This document shows, in pieces, positions 58,203 to 64,000 of a stretch of 64,000 nt of DNA (positions are counted from its first letter, which is position 1; each line of letters starts with the position of its first letter). A model generated the notes under the pieces. The model searched no databases. It saw only the letters and a program-made list of their open reading frames with translations, and was not told the origin of the DNA. This DNA is from Candidatus Omnitrophota bacterium (lineage in GTDB: Bacteria > Omnitrophota > Gorgyraeia > 2-02-FULL-51-18 > JAGOUK01), in the NCBI GenBank assembly GCA_047639455.1, contig JBLINS010000001.1, forward strand, positions 179-64,178, in the 5' to 3' direction. The position numbers and the translations under genes were made by a program.

Positions 58203-61200
58203 TTAGTACGCGAGGTTGGGTCGGAGCCATTTTTCGGCTTGGGGGATGGTCATGCCTTTGCGTTTGGCATAATCTTCGACTTGGTCTTTTTGGATTCGGC
58301 CTAGGCTAAAATAAACGCTTTCGGGATGGGCAAAGTATAGACCGCTAACTGATGCACCTGGAAACATGGCGGTGCTTTCGGTTAATTTGATCTGAACCTG
58401 TTCTTCTATGTGGCATAGGTCCCACATATGATTTTTTTCGGTGTGATCGGGGCAAGCTGGATATCCGGGTGCTGGACGTATGCCGCGATATTTGCAAGAA
58501 ATGAGTTCTTCATTACTCAAACTTTCATTCGGACTAAAACCCCAGAATTCATTGCGCACGCGCTCATGCATATGTTCAGCTAAGGCTTCGGCCAAACGAT
58601 CTGCAATTGCTTTGACCATAATGCTGCGATAGTCATCATGCTCGGCATCGTATTGAGCCGCTAAAGCTTCCGCTCCCATGCCAGCAGTCACAGCAAAGAC
58701 ACCAATGTAATCTTTGACACCAGAATCTTTAGGTGCAATAAAATCAGCTTGGGCTAAATAAGGTTTGGCATTAGTTTTGAGCGCTTGCTGTCTAAGTGAA
58801 TGTAAGGTGCTAATCACTTCTTGTCTAGTGTCGTCAGCATAAATTTCTATGTCATCACCAATGCTATTGGCTGGGTATAAACCAATAATAGCATTGGCTT
58901 GAAGCTGTTTTTTGGCAATGATTTCTTTGAGCATGGTCTTAGCATCATTGAATAATTTGGTCGCCTCTACACCGAGTTTAGGATCGGTGAGGATATTGGG
59001 GTATTTAGCTTTCATTTCCCAAGTGAGGAAGAAAGGTGACCAGTCAATTCGCTGGGTTAAGGCTTCCAAGTCATAATCAATGAATGTTTTGGTGCCTAAA
59101 AAAGACGGCTTGGTGATGGATACTTTGGACCAATCAGATTGCATGCCTTTTTGTCGCGCATTTTGAATAGATTCATAAGGAATTTTGCCTGAGCGACTAG
59201 CATGTAAGTCTCTTAATTCTTGGTATTGCAAATGAATGTCTTTGATTAGGTCTGCTTTTTTGACCGGATCCATGAGTTGGCTACACACGCCCACACTTCG
59301 TGAAGCATCTTTAACATGAATGGTGATGTCACGCGTGTATGTTGGTTGAATTTTGACAGCTGTGTGATTTCGGGATGTGGTAGCCCCTCCGATTAAGAGG
59401 GGGACATTAAAGCCTTGGCGCTCCATTTCCGAAGCCACCGTAACCATTTCATCTAAAGACGGCGTGATGAGGCCACTTAAGCCAATAATATCAGCATTAT
59501 GTTCTTTGGCGGCTTTGAGTATTTTGTCATATGACACCATGACACCCAAATCAATGATCTTAAAATTATTACAAGCCAAGACCACGCCCACAATATTTTT
59601 GCCTATATCATGCACATCACCCTTAACCGTGGCCATGATGATGACGCCCGCACCCTTGTTATCACCTTTAGCTTTGCCGGCTTCAATGAAGGGGTTGAGA
59701 TAGGCCACAGCCTTTTTCATGACTCTGGCACTCTTAACGACTTGAGGTAAGAACATCTTGCCATCACCGAATAAGTCTCCAACCACATTCATGCCATCCA
59801 TTAAGGGGCCTTCAATCACATCGATTGGGCGCGTAGCACTTTGACGCGCTTCTTCTGTATCGGCTTCAATATATTCAGTGATGCCTTTGACTAGGGCATG
59901 CTCTAAGCGTTTATTGGCACTTTGTTCACGCCAGCTTAAGTCATCCACTATTTTTTTGCCTTCGGACTTATAACTTTCGGCAAAGTCGATTAATGCTTCG
60001 GTGGCATTGGGATTGCGATTGAGAATCACATCTTCGACTTTGACTAATAAATCGGGTGGTATTTGGTCATAGACTTCAATCATGCCAGCATTAACTATGC
60101 CCATATCCAAACCAGCTTTAATAGCATAGTAGAGGAAAACAGAATGCATAGCCTCGCGTAGAGGGTTATTGCCTCTAAAAGAAAAGGATACATTGCTCAC
60201 ACCACCGCTAATACGCGCATAGGGGAGATTAGCTTTGACGAATTTGCAGGCTTCAATAAAGTCGACAGCATAATTATTGTGTTCCTCTATACCTGTGGCT
60301 ACGGCAAAGATATTGAGGTCAAAAATAATGTCTTGAGGCGGGAAGTGAACTTCTTTAGTCAAAATATCATAGGCGCGTTGGCAAATGGCTTGGCGTTTTT
60401 TTAAGTTATCCGCTTGACCGTTTTCGTCAAAGGCCATGACTACAGCCGCGGCACCATAGCGGCGCAGAAGTATGGCGTGTTTTTTAAAAATTTCTTCACC
60501 TTCTTTGAGGCTAATTGAATTGACAACCGACTTGCCTTGGCAACATTGGAGTCCCGCCTCAATCACATCCCATTTGGACGAATCAATCATTATAGGCACG
60601 CGTGCAATATCAGGCTCAGACGCGATTAAGTTTAAGAATTGAACCATAATGGCCTTGGAGTCCAACATAGCCTCGTCCATATTAATATCAATGACTTGGG
60701 CGCCTGCATCGACTTGTTGTCGGGCAACAGTTAAGGCCTCATCTAATAGACCCTCTTTAATTAGACGCGCAAACTTGAGTGAACCGGTGATATTGGTGCG
60801 TTCGCCTATATTCACGAATATAGAATCTTCTTTAATACGCAAAGGCTCCAAGCCACTTAAGGTTGTGTGAATAGGCTTATCAGTTACTTGTCTGGGCGGC
60901 AGGCCTTTGGCAGCTTGAACCATGGCCGCAATATGGCCAGGCGTTGTGCCGCAGCATCCGCCTAAGATATTAATAAAGCCACTATCGGCAAAGTCTTTGA
61001 CGAGTGCCGCCATTTGATCGGGCGTTTGATCATATTCTGCGAATTCATTGGGCAACCCTGCATTGGGATAACAACTAATATGACAATCCGCCAATTTGGA
61101 TAATTCAGAAATATAAGGGCGCATTTCCTCAGCGCCTAAAGCGCAATTCAAACCTATAGACAAAGGCTTGGCATGTTGTAGAGATAACCAAAAGGCTTCT

Positions 61201-61880
61201 GTAGTTTGACCTGAAAGAGTGCGACCACTTGCGTCAGTGATTGTTCCAGAAATCATAACCGGTAGATAATTCTGAGTGTCCGCAGCATATTGGTCAATAG
61301 CAAAAAGGGCGGCCTTTGCATTCAAAGTATCAAATATGGTTTCGACTAAGAGTAAGTCAGAACCACCATCTACAAGACCTTTGATTTGTTCCGTGTATAC
61401 CTCTACTAATTGTTGAAAGGTGACGGCTCGATTGCCTGGGTCATTCACATCTTGCGACATGGAGGCCGTTCGATTAGTGGGCCCTATAGCTCCAGCAACA
61501 AAGCGCGGTGACTTGGGATCTCTAGCTTGCATGGCATCACAAGCGGCGCGGGCGATTTTGGCAGATTCAAAATTAAGTTCATAGACGATTGTTTGCATAG
61601 CATAATCAGCCATACTTATGGCATTAGCGCTAAAGGTATTGGTTTCGACTATATCTGACCCTGATTCCAGATATTCCATGTGAATACTTTGGATAATGTC
61701 GGGTTGGGTTAGGGACAATAAGTCATTATTGCCTTTAAGGTCTTGAGTGTAGTCCTTAAAGCGCTCACCACGATATTCAGCTTCACCGAGTTTGTGGCGC
61801 TGAATCATAGTGCCCATAGCGCCATCTAAGAATACAATTCGTTCTTTGAGTAGTTTATATATAGGATGATTAGAATTCAT
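58203..61880 (-). CDS. metH: cobalamin-dependent methionine synthase
   Basis: 1225 aa with Hcy-binding, pterin-binding, B12-binding (DxHxxG ... GG) and AdoMet activation domains in MetH order. Confidence 0.9.
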   Translation of the reverse strand: MNSNHPIYKLLKERIVFLDGAMGTMIQRHKLGEAEYRGERFKDYTQDLKGNNDLLSLTQPDIIQSIHMEYLESGSDIVETNTFSANAISMADYAMQTIVYELNFESAKIARAACDAMQARDPKSPRFVAGAIGPTNRTASMSQDVNDPGNRAVTFQQLVEVYTEQIKGLVDGGSDLLLVETIFDTLNAKAALFAIDQYAADTQNYLPVMISGTITDASGRTLSGQTTEAFWLSLQHAKPLSIGLNCALGAEEMRPYISELSKLADCHISCYPNAGLPNEFAEYDQTPDQMAALVKDFADSGFINILGGCCGTTPGHIAAMVQAAKGLPPRQVTDKPIHTTLSGLEPLRIKEDSIFVNIGERTNITGSLKFARLIKEGLLDEALTVARQQVDAGAQVIDINMDEAMLDSKAIMVQFLNLIASEPDIARVPIMIDSSKWDVIEAGLQCCQGKSVVNSISLKEGEEIFKKHAILLRRYGAAAVVMAFDENGQADNLKKRQAICQRAYDILTKEVHFPPQDIIFDLNIFAVATGIEEHNNYAVDFIEACKFVKANLPYARISGGVSNVSFSFRGNNPLREAMHSVFLYYAIKAGLDMGIVNAGMIEVYDQIPPDLLVKVEDVILNRNPNATEALIDFAESYKSEGKKIVDDLSWREQSANKRLEHALVKGITEYIEADTEEARQSATRPIDVIEGPLMDGMNVVGDLFGDGKMFLPQVVKSARVMKKAVAYLNPFIEAGKAKGDNKGAGVIIMATVKGDVHDIGKNIVGVVLACNNFKIIDLGVMVSYDKILKAAKEHNADIIGLSGLITPSLDEMVTVASEMERQGFNVPLLIGGATTSRNHTAVKIQPTYTRDITIHVKDASRSVGVCSQLMDPVKKADLIKDIHLQYQELRDLHASRSGKIPYESIQNARQKGMQSDWSKVSITKPSFLGTKTFIDYDLEALTQRIDWSPFFLTWEMKAKYPNILTDPKLGVEATKLFNDAKTMLKEIIAKKQLQANAIIGLYPANSIGDDIEIYADDTRQEVISTLHSLRQQALKTNAKPYLAQADFIAPKDSGVKDYIGVFAVTAGMGAEALAAQYDAEHDDYRSIMVKAIADRLAEALAEHMHERVRNEFWGFSPNESLSNEELISCKYRGIRPAPGYPACPDHTEKNHMWDLCHIEEQVQIKLTESTAMFPGASVSGLYFAHPESVYFSLGRIQKDQVEDYAKRKGMTIPQAEKWLRPNLAY

Positions 61881-61964
61881 ATCAAGAAATTATAACAGAT
61901 GTTCTCAATTAGGATGAAATAATGCATAAGAAGTAAGAGGATGATATCTGGTAGGTTGACTAGC

Positions 61965-62400
61965 AAAAGCCTGTACTCACATAATCACTATACCCTCCAT
62001 AATATGATTGTTTAGACTTAATTTCATTGCTACGCATGGATCCAGTTACACGGCTTTATGACGGGCTCCTACCGATATGGTGTGAACATAATTCTGAACA
62101 ACAACACACCATATCTGTGGAGCTGCCTTATTCACAAAATACGTCAACAATCAAAATTATTCCGGATATAGTGATTATGTGAGTACAAAAAAATTAGACA
62201 ATATACAAAAGGTAGAAGATATTAGTTTTTATAAAAAGATAAGGTGGCGCCTATACGCAGCGGGCATCCTGCACCGCTACGGAGTCTATGAAAGAAGAGA
62301 TCCTATAAAGCCTCCGGCTAATGAGTGTAGTCTTTATAATAATGAAACACCTGGATGACTTTTGGGACTCTCTTAAACCTGGCGGTTTAAGATTCGTCAG
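61965..62400. repeat. composite structured repeat element, copy 2
   Basis: Homologous to 39116-39460. Hairpin arms cacataatcactata / tatagtgattatgtg, with compensatory changes relative to copy 1. Inner GGTGTG/CACACC versus GGCGTG/CACGCC. Ends with ttAAACC-tggc-GGTTTaa. Confidence 0.6.
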
Positions 62401-62540
62401 TTTAGAAGCGTAGGTTTTTTTTGATGTTAGTTTGGGGGTGCAATGTATTAGGGGGATTTTGGGACGTTTTTTTTGAATTGGTGTAGAGACAGTGAGAAGG
62501 TATAGGCATGTGCAACAAAATAGGCTAAAATAAGTGACTT

Positions 62541-63560
62541 ATGAAATTAGCAACTAGCGAAGATAGCTTTCAAAAGCTTTGTTTATTTATTCTCACAGTA
62601 GTCGCGTCGGCCTTTGCGTTGTATTGGCTGAGGCCTGTGATGATACCCTTTGTATTAGCCATATTTTTTAGCTCTATGCTAACGCCATTACTAGATGCTC
62701 AAAAAAAATACTTACGCTTTCCCAAAGCATTAGCCTTAGTTACTACATTAACCTTGGGTGTATTGATTCTAATCCTCATTTGGCTTGTGATCACGTCGTC
62801 CATTAGTCAAATCGCCCAGAACACAGCTCAATATCAGCAAAAGATAGAAGTATTTTTGAGCAATATTGTTTCTAATGTGCATTTGGAACAATTTGGCATT
62901 GATGTCAAGGCTCTGAGTGGACCAATATTGCGGAATATGGGTGAGAATGCCGGAGCCATGATTCGTACTGTGATTAATGCGATCTTAGGAATTTTTAGCC
63001 AAGGCTTTTTGGTTCTTATCTTTGTTATTTTTTTAGTATTAGGCAAAGCACGTTCACCTAGAATTGTGAATAAAGATTGGCTAGAAGGCGAACGTCGCAT
63101 TAAGCGTTATATTGCGACCAAGTTCATAACATCAGCTTCGACGGGTATTTTGGTGGCTGCGGTATTGAATTTCTTTCAAGTTGATATGGCGACACTATTT
63201 GGTTTATTTGCCTTCATATTGAATTTTATACCGAGTGTTGGATCTATTGTTGCAACGCTTTTGCCTCTGCCAGTTGTCTTAGCTAGCCCCCACTTATCGC
63301 CATTGACAGGTACATTGGCTATAGTTATTCCAGGTGTGATCCAATTCATTATCGGCAATATATTGGAGCCTCAAATTATTGGCGATTTATTGGACTTACA
63401 CCCAGTTACGATCTTGATGGCCTTGATATTTTGGGGTATGATTTGGGGTATTGTTGGGATGTTTTTAGCAGTTCCATTGACAGTTGTGATGCATATAGTT
63501 CTTTCAAGAATATCGCTTACGGTACCGATTGCTAATTTATTAGCTGGCCGCATCGAATAG
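62541..63560 (+). CDS. AI-2E family (PerM/UPF0118) transporter
   Basis: 339 aa, 8 TM, AI-2E family pattern. Confidence 0.7.
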   Translation: MKLATSEDSFQKLCLFILTVVASAFALYWLRPVMIPFVLAIFFSSMLTPLLDAQKKYLRFPKALALVTTLTLGVLILILIWLVITSSISQIAQNTAQYQQKIEVFLSNIVSNVHLEQFGIDVKALSGPILRNMGENAGAMIRTVINAILGIFSQGFLVLIFVIFLVLGKARSPRIVNKDWLEGERRIKRYIATKFITSASTGILVAAVLNFFQVDMATLFGLFAFILNFIPSVGSIVATLLPLPVVLASPHLSPLTGTLAIVIPGVIQFIIGNILEPQIIGDLLDLHPVTILMALIFWGMIWGIVGMFLAVPLTVVMHIVLSRISLTVPIANLLAGRIE

Positions 63561-63621
63561 CGATATAGACAAAACGAATTACTTTAACTAGAGACACTAT
63601 GAAAATTATAAAGGGTTCTTT

Positions 63622-64000
63622 ATGAAAATAAAATACATAGCTTTATGTCTAGCCGCTCTACTCTTAACCGTGAGCGCAAGTGGTTGGGCTTCTCCGCGAG
63701 ATGAGAATTTGTTTAAGCGCTATCAAGGTAAGGCCGTGAACATTTACATTCAAGATTTTGGCACAGATGTAGATAGTGCAGATTTGGATTTGACTCAATT
63801 ACGTCTTAATTTGGATACAGCATTGAGCGATCGAAAAAGCATTAATTTTACTGTAGTTGACGATGTAGATAGAGCTGATATCATTGTGTCAGCGAGAGTT
63901 ACGGAGTTTTTGTATACTGATGATGATCCGATAGATACATTGATGTCATTACCTATGGCAGCTTATGACGCCATGACAAAAGAGGGTTATTCGCGCTTAC
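63622..64000 (+). CDS. secreted hypothetical protein (5' partial, runs off window)
   Basis: ATG at 63622 with a signal peptide MKIKYIALCLAALLLTVSASGWA. The frame stays open to the window end. Confidence 0.4.
   Translation, partial: MKIKYIALCLAALLLTVSASGWASPRDENLFKRYQGKAVNIYIQDFGTDVDSADLDLTQLRLNLDTALSDRKSINFTVVDDVDRADIIVSARVTEFLYTDDDPIDTLMSLPMAAYDAMTKEGYSRL

Overview
The window is a chromosomal segment of an AT-rich (by eye roughly 38-42% GC) Gram-negative-type bacterium: it encodes outer-membrane proteins, a TonB-dependent receptor, lipoproteins and PilT. Gene density is high and most genes are on the + strand.

Housekeeping content I am confident about:
- a tmRNA gene (ssrA, minus strand, about 612-1037) and a tRNA-Gln(TTG) at 52189-52262;
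- DAHP synthase, PilT, signal peptidase I, glycerol kinase and a FAD glycerol-3-phosphate dehydrogenase, cyclophilin, fumarase/aspartase-family lyase, GlgC, the BolA plus monothiol glutaredoxin pair;
- a complete de novo purine cluster purB ... purS-purQ-purL-purF-purM-purD-purE, with split PurS/Q/L and a propeptide-type PurF, followed by LMW-PTP, rpiB, glyA and nrdR;
- hisG, an FtsH-like protease, ispE, cmoB, a cobalamin riboswitch in front of a btuB-like TonB receptor, convergent with a 1225-aa metH, and an AI-2E transporter.

Non-standard content:
1. Two tandem paralogous GT-C-type membrane glycosyltransferase-like genes directly after nrdR, plus a third GT-C-like gene next to a cluster of secreted, Thr/Gly-rich proteins of unknown function and an outer-membrane beta-barrel-like gene.
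2. At least two families of dispersed intergenic repeats (MITE/REP-like) that recur downstream of many genes.
3. A roughly 300-400 bp composite structured repeat present twice (39116-39460 and 61965-62400) with compensatory base changes that preserve stems. I read this as a candidate novel ncRNA or non-autonomous element.
4. A 44-bp x 3.5 iteron-like tandem array.
5. A bS22-like 29-aa basic ORF that is absent from the ORF track.
6. A palindromic trailer that embeds the 3' end of the tmRNA.

I found no CRISPR array, integrase, transposase or recognisable defence genes. Several short ORFs in the track are rejected as overlaps of RNA genes or repeats.
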